DNA of 63,598 nucleotides, the filler included, from Rhabdomonas costata (taxonomy: Eukaryota), in the NCBI GenBank assembly GCA_019059605.1. It is 49 parts of 49 records of this genome, joined end to end, with 100 filler letters (N's around TTAATTAATTAA, not from the genome) between each part and the next. Parts side by side here need not be neighbours in the genome. Positions count along the whole stretch, not along the records: positions 48,103 to 49,302 come from JAHMHO010023891.1; positions 49,403 to 50,602 come from JAHMHO010023892.1; positions 50,703 to 51,897 come from JAHMHO010023893.1; positions 51,998 to 53,197 come from JAHMHO010023894.1; positions 53,298 to 54,497 come from JAHMHO010023895.1; positions 54,598 to 55,797 come from JAHMHO010023896.1; positions 55,898 to 57,097 come from JAHMHO010023897.1; positions 57,198 to 58,397 come from JAHMHO010023898.1; 41 more parts are not named here. One strand, given 5' to 3'. Of this stretch, positions 48,928 to 61,402 are shown piece by piece (the stretch's first letter is position 1; each line of letters opens with the position of its first letter). Both the position numbers and the translations under genes were made by a program. The notes under the pieces are model-generated. The model did not search any database. It was not told where the DNA came from and was given only the letters and a program-made list of their open reading frames with translations.

Positions 48928-50975
48928 GTACGGGCAATGACGCACAAAGAAGAAGAAAGAGAGAACTGCGAGGGGCCAAAGGGGCAATCAGGCAACACGT
49001 TCACACACGCATTCCCTGGCCATCATTGAGCGAATGCGCTGCACCGACCTGCAAGCTCACCGGCGCAGAGGACGGGGGAATACCAGAAGATGGAAACATC
49101 AGGTTCAAAATTAGACAGCTCACCATGCTCTCCACAGACACTCTGTTCTTTTTGTGGTTGTAGTTCTTGCGACTCACGCAAGCGTGCAAGCGAGGCGAGA
49201 AAAAAGAACAAAAGGGAACGTCATCGGTGAAACAACCTGCACATGACAGCAATGTAACAAAGCGTCACGTTCGGCCGGTTTCTGTCCCCGGTCCACACAC
49301 AANNNNNNNNNNNNNNNNNNNNNNNNNNNNNNNNNNNNNNNNNNNNTTAATTAATTAANNNNNNNNNNNNNNNNNNNNNNNNNNNNNNNNNNNNNNNNNN
49401 NNTGTGGGTTGGGGGAGCGTTAAGCCCGTTGCCTGTTGTGTTTGTGCAGAGGCCACGATATTGGGAGCGTTATGCTCCTGTCCGCACCCTTTGCTGCGGT
49501 CTTTTTCTTTCCTTCTCTCATTGACTCACGGTTACATTTTCTGCGTGCTAGTGCTTTGAGTTGCACGGATTGTAAGTTCCCCTGACAGGTCGGGGTTGCT
49601 CATCATTCTCAGGTTAATTGAACATGATACAGGTGAGTGAAACCCGTGCAAAGAGGAACAGGCCCAAAGGGCAAGCTTTCGCGTTTTTCTTCTTCTTCGA
49701 ATTTCGACAGCAGTCTGTGATCTAAATTCAATTGTTGTCTGGCAAGCCCGCGCAGGTAAACGAGTCTTCTTTTACGGTCCCGTGAAGGCGGCAGTATCGT
49801 CTTGGTGCCGCGCGGCGTTACTTTACTCACGAAAGGAGGCGCCCAAGCCCTGTCAATTGCCCGTTTTCATCAGCTTCACTTTACTCGGCAAATAAGCGCC
49901 AGATCGTGCCAGTTTGTGGATGAAAATAACAGCAATACAAGTGGATATGGGATCAACCGTAACCGTGACAGCTTAAATACTGCCGAGTCTTAGAAAAGCG
50001 CTGCCTGTGGGGCGGGCTTCTCCCTAGTGTCCTGTGGCGTCGCACGGCGCGCCTGGTGGAACTTGTGGGGCCGTGAAGCAGTGGAGCAGTGCGATCACGT
50101 TGAAGGAGCGAACGGACTGCAAGGAAGGGCGCATTTCGGCGGCACTGATGGGGAACACTGGCACACATGGCCCCGCTGGAAGGCAAACGAAGGGGAAAAG
50201 AGGAAGCACACATCATCTTGACGGGGGCGTCCCGCAAACATCGCGTGAATATGTTTGGTTTTGCTCTTTTGACGTGCCCGCGTTTCAGTTGACACCTTTT
50301 GTTGCGAAAAACTCGCGCCCCAACAGCGACCAGCGGCCAAACCATTGTGGGGAGCAACATCCGAAGAACACACGACACCAGCACCAGCTAAAAAGCCGAA
50401 GCGTCTGTCCGCAAAGTGCGGCCCCGGCCATGATCTTTTCCCCGGCGGCCCAGAGACCAACGACCCCGAAGAAACGATACTCAAATGTGGCGAATACGAC
50501 CCGTGTCAGAACCTATTCTTGCAACCCTGCCCAACGAAAGGGCTAACAGGATGACATATGCCCCGATGGGCTTCCGGGCACAAATGTACAGCAACAAAAC
50601 ACNNNNNNNNNNNNNNNNNNNNNNNNNNNNNNNNNNNNNNNNNNNNTTAATTAATTAANNNNNNNNNNNNNNNNNNNNNNNNNNNNNNNNNNNNNNNNNN
50701 NNCTCTTCGCAAAAGCACTGTTGCCTTTGCCCTTTTATTTTCAATGATTTAGCATGTTGCCAGCCGGGCTCTTAAATCAATTTGGAGCGCAAAGGTGAAC
50801 GTTTCTCCGGTTGTGTCATGCTAAGCTGACAGTGAAACTGATGTAAAGAAAAAGGAGGATAAAGGGCAGCAATCGGAAGAAACGTTACAAGGACGGAGCT
50901 AGAGATCAGTAAAGTAAGGAAAGAAGACGAGACAGGCCTGGGATCGAACGCAAGAAAACAAAAAAGTAGGGAAAC

Positions 50976-51246
50976 CTGCTTCAGAAACTTGTCAAAGACA
51001 TCTAGCGGGAAGTCCACGACTGCAACTGCAGGTACAGCGGCGATGTCAGGGTAGTGCACAGGGGAAACCAAAGTCACCGTGAGGGAAGGGTCGGTGAGCG
51101 GGACAATAACCGGGCCAAACACCACGTCAGCCCCGGCAGGCGCCGAAAACCCCACTTGGTACCAGGCCTGTGCCGTCGTGCGGGGCAGAGAGGAACCAGA
51201 TGCTGCACCAAATGTATCGAGAATACAGTACTCGCCACATACAGCT
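50976..51246 (-). CDS. Exon with a dCache-like extracellular sensor segment (receptor cyclase-like)
   Basis: ...RTTAQAWYQVG...FGPVIVP...LTVTLVSPVHY...AVAVVDFPLDVFDKFLKQ|gt. The 5' boundary is uncertain. Confidence 0.55.
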
Positions 51247-52587
51247 TCAAAGAATAGAAACGACGTATAGAGGATTGCCATTTGATTTGCACTTGCAACG
51301 CCTCCGCCATGTGTTTGGTAACACGGATGAGGGTGGGGGGATGAAGATCACCCGTGGAAACCGTCACCCCTTGTCCCTCTCCGTCGGCAAACACACAGCA
51401 AGAAACACACAGGAAATACACAGCACAGTCTGCACAGGTCATGGATGGTGCGACAAACCCCACTGCCATGTGCGAGCGTGCTGTTCTGATGCGCTGGCAT
51501 GCTGACTAGCACTCGACCCCCTCTTGTCTGTGGTGATCACTGTTTAGTCATTGCAGTCAGTGCACTTTTCAAAAGTTGAATAGTGGGGGAGGGGACGTCG
51601 AAAAAACGTAAGCCACCAGCAGGTCACATTCGACCCCATTGTCGACCTCTTTGATAAACAGCGTAAGATGGTTCAGACGACCCGTCACAAGGATGTCTGG
51701 TGCAAAGCAAGGCGCAAGGGCTCTATTGCCGCGACCGATTCTGCCCGAACGTCCGGGAATTGACTTGAATTGACTCCATAAGCCTCAAGATGAGGAAAAT
51801 ACTCGAAACTTGTGCATGCTGGTCAGTGAGAAACGCATGAAAATCGCAGGGCCAAAAGAAGTAGGGAGGTAGGGGGAAAATACCCGTACCACAAAACNNN
51901 NNNNNNNNNNNNNNNNNNNNNNNNNNNNNNNNNNNNNNNNNTTAATTAATTAANNNNNNNNNNNNNNNNNNNNNNNNNNNNNNNNNNNNNNNNNNNNTGT
52001 GGTGATGGCCTCTCTGGCAAAGAGAGGACACCAGTAAACCAGCAAACCCAAGTGCACTAAATGCAATCAAAAAGAAAAGAAAAGACGGGAGAAGGCATAG
52101 AGGTCACACACTTGCGCTCTGCTGGAATTGGGTTTCGGTGCGGCACAGGTGCTGCAGGGGCCACCTCAGTGCGGAAGGGTAGGGCTGCACCAGGCAAAAG
52201 AGGTGGTAAGAGGTGGCAGCTAAAGCTCGTGGTCGCCTTTTGTCTTCAGACGACCATCCGCTGCTAATACACCATTCGAAGAGGATAGAAAGTTTCGTTC
52301 AGTAATGAGGTTCAACTTTCCGCTCGTTTACCTTCTTTTCGGGCACGTTCTCAGAAACCCTAAGTGGCGAACGAAACCCATCCGACAGCAAGGAAATGGA
52401 ACCCGCGTGGTGTTTCGGGACAGAATCTCCAGCTACATACCCACCCACTCACTCACTATAGCGATACTGCCTTTTGCGGACAAACACACAACCAACTCAG
52501 GCCATTTTTTAAAACAACTAGTACAGGAGAAACATTGTTTTTGGGTTTGTGCACACACGCACACATACAATCAAACACGCCAGGCAC

Positions 52588-52692
52588 CTCGAACTCGCTG
52601 AGTGCCATCAAGCGGATCGTCAACTTCCACCCTTCAGGTCGCGCCAGCTCGTCCCCCACGGCAGAATCCAGCTCGGTGAACCACTCAGTAAA
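52588..52692 (-). CDS. Probable internal exon of an unknown protein
   Basis: tttcag|FTEWFTELDSAVGDELARPEGWKLTIRLMALSEFE|gtgcct, 35 whole codons. Confidence 0.45.
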
Positions 52693-54641
52693 CTGAAAGG
52701 GATTTCGAGCAAGCGCGCTGTACGGAGAGAAAGTGTGTATTCTCTTTTCCACAATCGCATCACAGGAAGTGCCATGATGATGACCACGTCAGTACTCCCA
52801 ATTTCCCAAATCTGAACGTACCAGATGCTGAATTAGCTTGAGATAGTTGACATGGACCCGGAAGCTGAGACATGGAAGATGGAAGGAGGAAGGTGGAGGG
52901 GGGGGGGGATCGAAAACAGTGCATGCAACCTTGTCGGTACTGCTAACCCTTCGAATAATTGTACCCCCTCCCTCCCTTCATCATTCGTCTTCGAATGATT
53001 TCAAGTCAACAAAACAGCCCTTAAATATGGCAAACAAAAAGGTGCTGGCTAACCCGACCACCAGCATTCAGTATAGGAAATGTCTTTTCGTCAAATGCTG
53101 TTTAAGCGACACATACTGAACGGTTACGCAATAAGCACACGTTTGGTTGCCTCCCCGTAGCCGATTAAGCAACGGGATGGGATCAACAACCAAACCCNNN
53201 NNNNNNNNNNNNNNNNNNNNNNNNNNNNNNNNNNNNNNNNNTTAATTAATTAANNNNNNNNNNNNNNNNNNNNNNNNNNNNNNNNNNNNNNNNNNNNGGT
53301 TGTGGGTTGATTTCCTGTCGTTTGGAACGTCGCGACACTTGCACCAGACGACGTTCCAAACGACAGGAAATCAACCCGCAAACCTATTAATTGAGACCAG
53401 GAGAAAAATTAAACGAAATTCCAAAACCTTCTTCTTGGCAGGCATTCAGAATGTTGAATTTAGGAAAATTGCACCCACGGCAGCCTTTGCCAACTTAATG
53501 AGAACTTCTTAAGTTAAAGCCGGTACGGATGCGGGAAAAGCCTTCAAAAAAGCACAAATGATTTGTTCGAAACGCCCTGCATTTGCCCCAGAAAAATGCG
53601 AGCTGTCTACAGCATGTGAAGCGGCAGCTCAAAGGAAACGTCGCACAAATTTTGGGAACACACGGAACGGTGGTCTTTATGACTCCCATCCGTTCCCGTG
53701 TGGTATAGATGCAAAGGGTACCCGAGTGCAGTGCATTTCCTGACGGGATTTCGGAACATTTACGACGGACTTAAAAAAACACCTAAATTGTATCACTTTC
53801 GTCCAATTGAGGGAAAAGGGGGGCAGCCCCCCACTCTTCGGTGATAAGCTGCCTGGGTGTGTCCTTAGAGGCCATTCACATATGAGGTGAGTCCGTGCCT
53901 TGACTGAATACTCCCATGGCGCTGTGAAGTGCCCAAACGCTAAGCGGCGCTGTTACCTTGCGCCCATGTGCAACAGCGGCGCTATTATGTTGTGTCCACT
54001 TATAAAAGCGCCGCAAAGTTAATAAATTTCAAAGGTCTAAAATCACCACAAATTTAACCTAAAGACCCTGTTCCGCACTTTCCCTTTTGCGGGTCGAGTA
54101 CTGTGAGTAAAAAAAGCAGTTTTCATGGTTCTTCTGTATTTTGGTGTGTGCAAAACTTCAGATTAGGGCAGGGGTAATATTTTTGTTTGCTCCTGCACAG
54201 TACTCTTCCTCTCTTCGCGGCACAAGCATTCTCGCCAGCATGAGTTTCTCCTGCAGCTCTATTTCAAAACGACAAAAGTTTAAAAAGGAGCATCTCCGCT
54301 GAAAAAAAAAGGGGGGGTATAATTCCGAAACTCTCTTGCACTCCTTGCCCGAGGGTTTTTTGATCAAAGGCATATGAAGCTCCTTCTTGGACCTTGATTT
54401 TCCCTTGGTCGCAGAAGGCCCCGAAAAGATTTTGACCTCAAAGGACCATTTGCTCAGAATTAGCTAACAAGTAGAAACAATACAAACAAACACAACCNNN
54501 NNNNNNNNNNNNNNNNNNNNNNNNNNNNNNNNNNNNNNNNNTTAATTAATTAANNNNNNNNNNNNNNNNNNNNNNNNNNNNNNNNNNNNNNNNNNNNTTT
54601 GGGGGGGGGTTACCTGCTGCGTTGATATTTTGGACTCACAG

Positions 54642-55642
54642 GTAACCCAACTTGTGGGAACAGCAGCGTGACTTGCACCAGCGGATTCACCCCCAGCAGC
54701 GCCGGCACGGTGTGCTCGTCGCTGACATGCAACTCGACGGACTGCTGCATAGGTGCGCATTTTAACTGCGTGCATATGCGAGTGTGTCGAGGTTGTTGTA
54801 AGTTGCTGGTGCGTGCATTGATGTTTACCTCGCGAGATTGTTGGGATGTGTCATTGAGCAAAAAAGCTAGGGGGGCCACTCTATGCACTCAATTGTTTAC
54901 GTTATCCGAGCAGTTTTGAGTACCGGCGGAAAAGCTTCTTGGCCGCGAATGCCTTTACTGAAGTTCAAGGCCCAGAGTTTGCAGTGAGGGAAGCGGACGT
55001 AAAGCAAAGATTCCTCCGTGTGGCGGTCGATGGGTGGTAGTTATCGTCAGCTTCTTCAGAGACTGTACTTTGCTTGCAGCCAACCCAACGTGCGGCAGCA
55101 GCAGCTACCCATGCCCCAGTCACTACTCCCCGCACGACGCCTCCACGGTGTGCTCGTCGCTGAACTGCACCCTCGAGGACTGCTGCATCAGTGTGTACCG
55201 CTCTCCCTTGGGGTGCTTTTCCGCTGTAGTTCTCCGTGATGCCGCTTAAGGTGGTGATGGTGATTTCCAAGGGCCCATACATCACCGCCACCCTGTCGTG
55301 CAGCACGGGAGGGCAGGTCTAGCAGATCCACACCGATGTTAGAATAGGCGTGAGCACATTGGGCGTTACTTCCTGGAGGAGCGCGAGCAGCACCGGCGCT
55401 CATATGCTTAGCAACATGACCCACCCCATGGTTCTGGATGCCGTGGATATTGGTGATATGCCGTTTGATGTTGTGTGTGACGATCCTGTGTCCGCTGGCG
55501 TCATGTTTTCGGAACTGCGCTTTGCTTGCAGCCAACCCAACGTGCGGCAGCAGCAGCTACCCATGCCCCAGTCACTACTCCCCGCACAACGCCTCCACGG
55601 TGTGCTCGTCGCTGAACTGCACCCTCGAGGACTGCTGCACCA
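54642..55642 (+). CDS. Cys-rich repeat (surface/secreted) protein, three symmetric 111-nt exons with one 6-Cys module each
   Basis: Exons 54642-54752, 55080-55190 and 55532-55642 are all phase 1-1 with GT-AG introns: NPTCGNSSVTCTSGF...TVCSSLTCNSTDCC and NPTCGSSSYPCPSHY...TVCSSLNCTLEDCC (x2). Confidence 0.85.
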
Positions 55643-55897
55643 GTGTGTATCCTCACTCTCTCTTAGGGATACATAATCCGATTTCTCCCTTGCCATCGAT
55701 TCTTGATTCTTGTTTCTTCCCATGGATACGTTTTCTGTATTTCCACCTTGAGCACCATAACAGAATGTTTTTTGTTTATGTGACTCGTTCCCCACACNNN
55801 NNNNNNNNNNNNNNNNNNNNNNNNNNNNNNNNNNNNNNNNNTTAATTAATTAANNNNNNNNNNNNNNNNNNNNNNNNNNNNNNNNNNNNNNNNNNNN

Positions 55898-56889
55898 ACT
55901 TCTGCCGCAGGGGTTCGAACAGGAAGTCCAACTTGTGCTGCAGAAAGAGTTTCGAGGCCAGCCCGGGCTGCTCCGCCGCCAAAGCAACAGCCTAGTACCA
56001 ATGCAAATGGGATAATTTGGTATTTTCACCAGAGAAAACGAGGAGCACTGCATTGAAACTCGCAAAGCCCCCCCCCAAAAAAAAAAGCACACTAAAAACA
56101 ACGGGAACGATGTACTAGTTGGGACATAGCGTTTGACAAAACACAAAACTAATTAAAAAGGTCGCAATGTCTTAACTTCCCCGGCGAGCTGCATTCCCAT
56201 TTGGGCCAAACAAAAAGAGGTTAAAATGTGCTCCTTGAGAGACTGAGTCCAACACCTTCGGGTCCGGGCTGTGGCGAGCAGGGACTCCGGTAGGCCTATC
56301 GCGTCAAGAGCGTCCAGCGGGCCTTTCCCCAGGGAATGAAGCTCCCTCAGGAAGGCCACCACAGCGGACAGGATGTGTGGGGAGAAGGCCTGACAGCCTG
56401 TGTGGATGTGCATGGCGAAGGAAACAGGGCGGGACCTATTGGGTGGAAATGGAAACTCCTCCTTGGCTTCATTCTTATCATTGGAATTTCGAAGTAATCG
56501 TGATGGTTTGCAGCCCATTAGCAACCTCCCAATGACCCGAAGGGAAGACCCTCTTGGGGGTTTTCCTTTCCAGCAGTCTGCACTGCGACCCCCGCATCAC
56601 CAGTGGAGCATTGGCTGCGTCATTGTAAAATTAAGTGAAGGGATACTCGGCTTCGCCCTCATTTAAGGATCCAATGCCACAAGGGATACTCAAGACAATA
56701 ATCTTTCTCCTGCGTTTTCGGACTTGCACACACATTCTCTCTCTATTTGGGTGAGGACTCTCTCTCTCTCTCTGTAATTGCCAAACCTTACCGGGGGTGT
56801 ACTTCTGGCACAGGCGCCGGTGGAAGTCCTTGAGGTCGCGGAACGAGGAGATGTGGTCATTGCCCAGAAGCAGCGGAAGGGTGTGCATC
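55898..56889 (-). CDS. Probable multi-exon fragment of an unknown protein
   Basis: AG-bounded, GC3-rich blocks: MHTLPLLLGNDHISSFRDLKDFHRRLCQKYTP|gtaagg, AFSPHILSAVVAFLRELHSLG..., AVALAAEQPGLASKLFLQHKLDFLFEPLRQK. Phases between blocks are not fully resolved. Confidence 0.45.
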
Positions 56890-57302
56890 TGCCTGCGAGC
56901 CGCGGTGTGTGTGTGTGTGTTGGGCGCATTGCGCGCTGGCTGTTGCCTGGTTGACTGGTTGGTGGTGACCGGGACTGACTGGCGCACGCGCTGTTGGCCA
57001 CGGGTGCTCGCGAGAGGTGCCGTTGGAGCGAACGGTGCCGTGGGGAACCGAAATCGGCTCACCACCGAACGTTCCACATCTGGTAACCTCCCTTCTGNNN
57101 NNNNNNNNNNNNNNNNNNNNNNNNNNNNNNNNNNNNNNNNNTTAATTAATTAANNNNNNNNNNNNNNNNNNNNNNNNNNNNNNNNNNNNNNNNNNNNGTT
57201 TTGTTTTTCCCGTCCTTCTTCCTCCCTTCTCGTCCCCCCTTCCTGGTCGTTTTTTCTCGGGTAAGGATAGTTGATGTACTTTCAATTGTTGGTTGCGCTC
57301 AG

Positions 57303-58383
57303 GTCGCAGGGGAGGGTGCCTTTCCCGTGCTGCAAGTCACGGACGTGCGCTGTCTGCGAACCGCGAAGGCCCACCTGTGGAGCCAGTTGTGTCTCAACGA
57401 AGTCAACGCTTGCCTTGCCAAGGTTCTTGGGTCCTTGTCAATTCCCCAACCTGCTTATCCACCCGCGAATGTCTTTGGTTTCGCAATGAAACAAGTGAAG
57501 CTCTCAAAAGAAAATTGGTGTAGAACTTTTCGGATGTGTGCCGCTGGGTTTTCTAAACAGGACCTCACGGATGTGGACCGGGACGTCTCGGAGTTTTCCG
57601 TGCCTAAACTCGCGCAGAAGTCCCCCAGCTTCACCTTTGACTTTGCTGCAAGTGTGCACGCTTCTCTTTGTTCCTTCAAAGACTATTAGATGTGTTATCC
57701 CACGTGGGTCGCCGGCCGCAGGCTCACTGGAAGAGCTGCACGACTGGCACGATTAGAACGCAACAGGACGCACTGCAGAATGCTCTGAGGGAATTTATTG
57801 AATGATGGCCTGCGTTGGATCTTTTTTCAGTGTTCACCCTTCTCCCGACTTTTGTGGTGAAATGCGCCTGTCTGTGCATCTATCCATCCGTCGCATGCTT
57901 TATTTCTCCCTCTTAACAGAGCGTATTTGTTGTTTTGCTTTTTGCGTCTGTGGGTGCACTTTGTATTGGGCCCCCTCCAGTTTGTTGCTATCTGTCTCTT
58001 CGCACCCAACGGTCATGTTTTGTTTACAGGTGTGCGAACGACACTTTCCGAAACAAAAAAGAGAGTTATTAAATACGTATAAAATCAAGAGAGAGAAAGA
58101 GAAACCCAGAATCTTTAAACTGTTTTGGTAAGCTGGAACATGCGCTAGGCACACACATGCGCACACTTTTCAGGTTGTCTTCCGTGCTTATTCCCGTCGT
58201 ACACGTGTGCACGGGTGTGCTTACACAGGTGGTCTGGGAATGCCTCCCACGGTGGTGTTCCTGCAGCTGACAAACACGGGTAAGCTTCCGGTGAAGCTTC
58301 TCTTCCAGAGCCCTGCTGCCACGGACAGCGGCCTGGACGTTGAGCAGTGGTGGCCCGATGAGGTGCACACCGACGAGGACAAG
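57303..58383 (+). CDS. CFAP65: Cilia- and flagella-associated protein 65 (CCDC108)-like, three exons (partial)
   Basis: Exons 57303-57422, 57561-57651 and 58229-58383 in frame: GEGAFPVLQVTDVRC...KAHLWSQLCLNEVNACL/...FTFDFAAS/GLGMPPTVVFLQLTNTGKLPV...LDVEQW, resembling remembered CFAP65 (G.YP.L..TD.R...LW..FSL..LN; FNF.AA..G..P.VV.L.L.N.G..P; IE.E.W). Confidence 0.7.
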
Positions 58384-58497
58384 GTCCCCCCCCCACCNNN
58401 NNNNNNNNNNNNNNNNNNNNNNNNNNNNNNNNNNNNNNNNNTTAATTAATTAANNNNNNNNNNNNNNNNNNNNNNNNNNNNNNNNNNNNNNNNNNNN

Positions 58498-59698
58498 GCG
58501 CAGGGCAAGCACGACGCACGCTGTGGTGTGATCCACAGCAAGGTACCACACCGGGCTGTAGATCGAGGCTGCGACGCGAAGCAAAAAGCTCACACAAAGA
58601 TCAAAAGAGCCCAGACATCCCTTGATAAGAAAGAAACCTTTACATCAGATCTGCACCCTCCCTCCCTCAGGAAACGCGATGTTTTATCACCAGTCTGCTT
58701 GAACACAGACTAGTGGGCGAAATACAAGGATTGCGGGCGAAGTCAGATGAAATCAGTTCACCCTACGCACAGCACAGCACAGCACAGCACAGCACAGCAC
58801 AGCACAGCACAGCACAGCACAGCACAGCACAGCACAGCACAGCACAGCACAGCACAGCACACCACACGACACACACCGCTCCACGAGGACGCCAGGATGT
58901 CGCTGGGGGAGATTGCGGTGAGGCACACCACGGCCTCCTCGTTGCACGTGATGGGGCTGAGCAGGGGAACTGTGCCCAGGGCCTTCAGCGCAGTTGGCCC
59001 GTATGCCGCCGAAGAGAACCGCATGAACCTGTATGCAGAGCACGGCAATTGCGCTTCTTACTCTGGAACCGAAGAGGCAACACAGGTGTAGTGAAAATGA
59101 ACACTTTTCATTCAGATGGAACAACGCCGGATTGATTTATCAAAGCTCGCAACGCGGAGGAGCGTCTGGTGGTCGGGGGTGAGGGGTTGATCTCGTGGTT
59201 CAAATACAAAATACCACTTCCGGGAACAGTCCGGGAGTACTACGGTAGTCCACTTTCCAGAACAAAAAGAAGAAAAAAGAAAGCAAGGCCTAGAAAATTC
59301 GGCCTTGGAGATTAACAGATTTGCATGTGTACGAAATCTCCAGAGAATCCGGAAAAGCGCAATAAAGGAAGTAAAAAGAAGAAGAAAATGCGGTTCCACT
59401 TGAGACTCCACCGATGATCAACCGCCACCCTCTTTATGTTTTCTGTGTCTTGCTGAAGACCTTTCCACGACCGGGGCGGCCTCAAGGTCCACGGGCTCGC
59501 CTAACGCGCGAATCTCCGACCGGCACTGCTGCTGCAGAGCGCAGAACGTCCGCGCCGCGACGAGGAGCTCCCACAGTGTGGTGACGTGGCTGGGGATGGT
59601 ACAGAACTGCAGCCCCAGGGAGAGGATCGCGTGCACCGCCTCCGCCAGCTCGTGCCGCCCCGTGGCCCGCCCCAGCAGCCGCAGTACCACCCCGTCCT
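58498..59698 (-). CDS. Class 3 (DAG-lipase-like) lipase, three exons (partial)
   Basis: Exons 59698-59461, 59028-58877 and 58568-58498 in frame: ...VVER/FMRFSSAAYG...DILASSWS/ASIYSPVWYLAVDHTTACVVLALR, matching the AAYG and P..Y.AVDH....VVL.IRG(T) motifs. Confidence 0.85.
58767..58861 (+). repeat. (CAGCA)n pentanucleotide microsatellite in the lipase intron
   Basis: About 18 perfect units. Confidence 0.95.
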
Positions 59699-60315
59699 NN
59701 NNNNNNNNNNNNNNNNNNNNNNNNNNNNNNNNNNNNNNNNNNTTAATTAATTAANNNNNNNNNNNNNNNNNNNNNNNNNNNNNNNNNNNNNNNNNNNNTG
59801 TGTTTGTTAACTGAAATCAAATGGTAAAAACCCAGAGTATATCCGCTGACCAGCCTGGGACACGCATACTGCCGTGCCAAGCTAGGTGGGTCGCCGCCAT
59901 CGGCCACACCGCCGTGGACAGCGCGTTTCACAACTTGGCGTCCAGGTCTGCGGCGGTATCGTTCGCATAAACTCAGCAAATATTAAGATTCTTGATGAGC
60001 TTTTTTGTAAACGATATGGCCTGATTGTGTAATCCGCCATGTGTGTCCGCGGCCCGCACGGACTAACTCCATGCTGCGTCTAGCATCCTGTTTGAGTCCG
60101 GTCTTCAGGATCTACTCTGGGTTTTTACCATTTGATTTCAGTTAACAAACTCCACCTCGAGAAGCTGAAGAAAGTGTCCGGCTGTGGAATAGTGGGCAGT
60201 GGTGCGAGCGGTAGGGAGTGCAAAAGGACGTCAAAATGGACCATGAAACTAGGAGTCAAGCGACATAATACGTGAAAGAGGTGGGGGATATGGTAGCGCG
60301 ACGGACGGCGTCGTC

Positions 60316-60998
60316 TCACAGGAGCTGGGAGGGGTTATCAGACTGGTTGCGGTGGATGTGGATCATGGGCAGTGTACATCTGAATGGAGACATAGTGTGA
60401 AGATGTGAGTGTTGAGGGGGAGGGACACTGAGTTCGGCTCTGGAGTTGGGTGGTTTTGGGGGTTCGGGACCGTGGTGGTACTCATATGCATCTTCGATGT
60501 TGCCTTTGCATTCGGCAGCGGGATCGGTGATGCGAACTTGGTAAGGGATCAGTTCGCTCGTGTGAAAGACAGTACTACCCGCTTTGAGAAGTTCTGGTGT
60601 GATATCCAGCTCCACAGAAGTGACACTAACAACCTTTTTTTTTTATGAAAAATGGTCCTTGTGCTTTCGGCGACAGGGAATTCCGAGGTCCAAAGCTTCG
60701 TTTGTGCTTGATTTGATTGACCAAAACCATTTGTCTGAATTTAAACTGGTAGTCAATTCGCTTTTTATTAGCTTGTCGGACCATACACTGCTGGTTCTCC
60801 TCCAATGACTTCTGTACGTCTCGCCATCCCTTGTGGAGCCGCTTGACAAACTGCTTTACAGTTTCTTGTTATGAAGCCTCTGGATCAACTCCGTCTGGTA
60901 AATCGTCAAAAAGTACGGGATGGAAGCCATTGTTAAGGTAGGAGTTACCAAATTCGGTGTCAGCAATTGGAGAGCTGTTGATTGCCATTTCGGCGAGT
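60316..60998 (-). mobile_element. Ty3/gypsy integrase C-terminal pseudogene (in-frame stop plus a frameshift in an A10 run)
   Basis: LAEMAINSSPIADTEFGNSYLNNGFHP...*...QANKKRIDYQFK...VLV...LSPKAQGPFFI/KKVVSVTSVELDI...VFHTSELIPY shows the integrase core end, GPF motif and VFH.S.L.PY motif. Confidence 0.88.
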
Positions 60999-61098
60999 NN
61001 NNNNNNNNNNNNNNNNNNNNNNNNNNNNNNNNNNNNNNNNNNTTAATTAATTAANNNNNNNNNNNNNNNNNNNNNNNNNNNNNNNNNNNNNNNNNNNN

Positions 61099-61402
61099 CC
61101 TGTACGGAGTCTGGGGTGCTACTATACATGGGGTGGCATGTCAAACTGACAGGCATAGCCTGGGGACTGGCCACCCACCCCCCGGCCCGACCCACGGGGT
61201 AGCACAGTGTGGGGTCGTACTCGACGGTGGTTATGGCGGAGCCCACGCACCCGTCACCAGCGTACACCACGCGGCGCACGGAGCAAGCCGACGGCGAGGT
61301 CGACGCGGGCAGGGGAGGGGTCTGCTGTGCCACCGCTGGGAGGGGGGAACAGCCCCACCAGAGCACTGCCAGAAGGAAAGGGAGAAGGCTGCGGCTTGCC
61401 AT
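61099..61402 (-). CDS. First exon of a probable secreted/surface protein with a signal peptide
   Basis: MASRSLLPFLLAVLWWGCSPLPAVA|QQTPP...CSVRRVVYAGDGCVGS...CYPVG, open to the contig edge. Confidence 0.55.

Noticed and set aside
58713-59135. ORFs with (STAQH)n or (CCAVL)n repeats
   Set aside because: They are translations of the intronic (CAGCA)n microsatellite and the antisense strand of the lipase exon.
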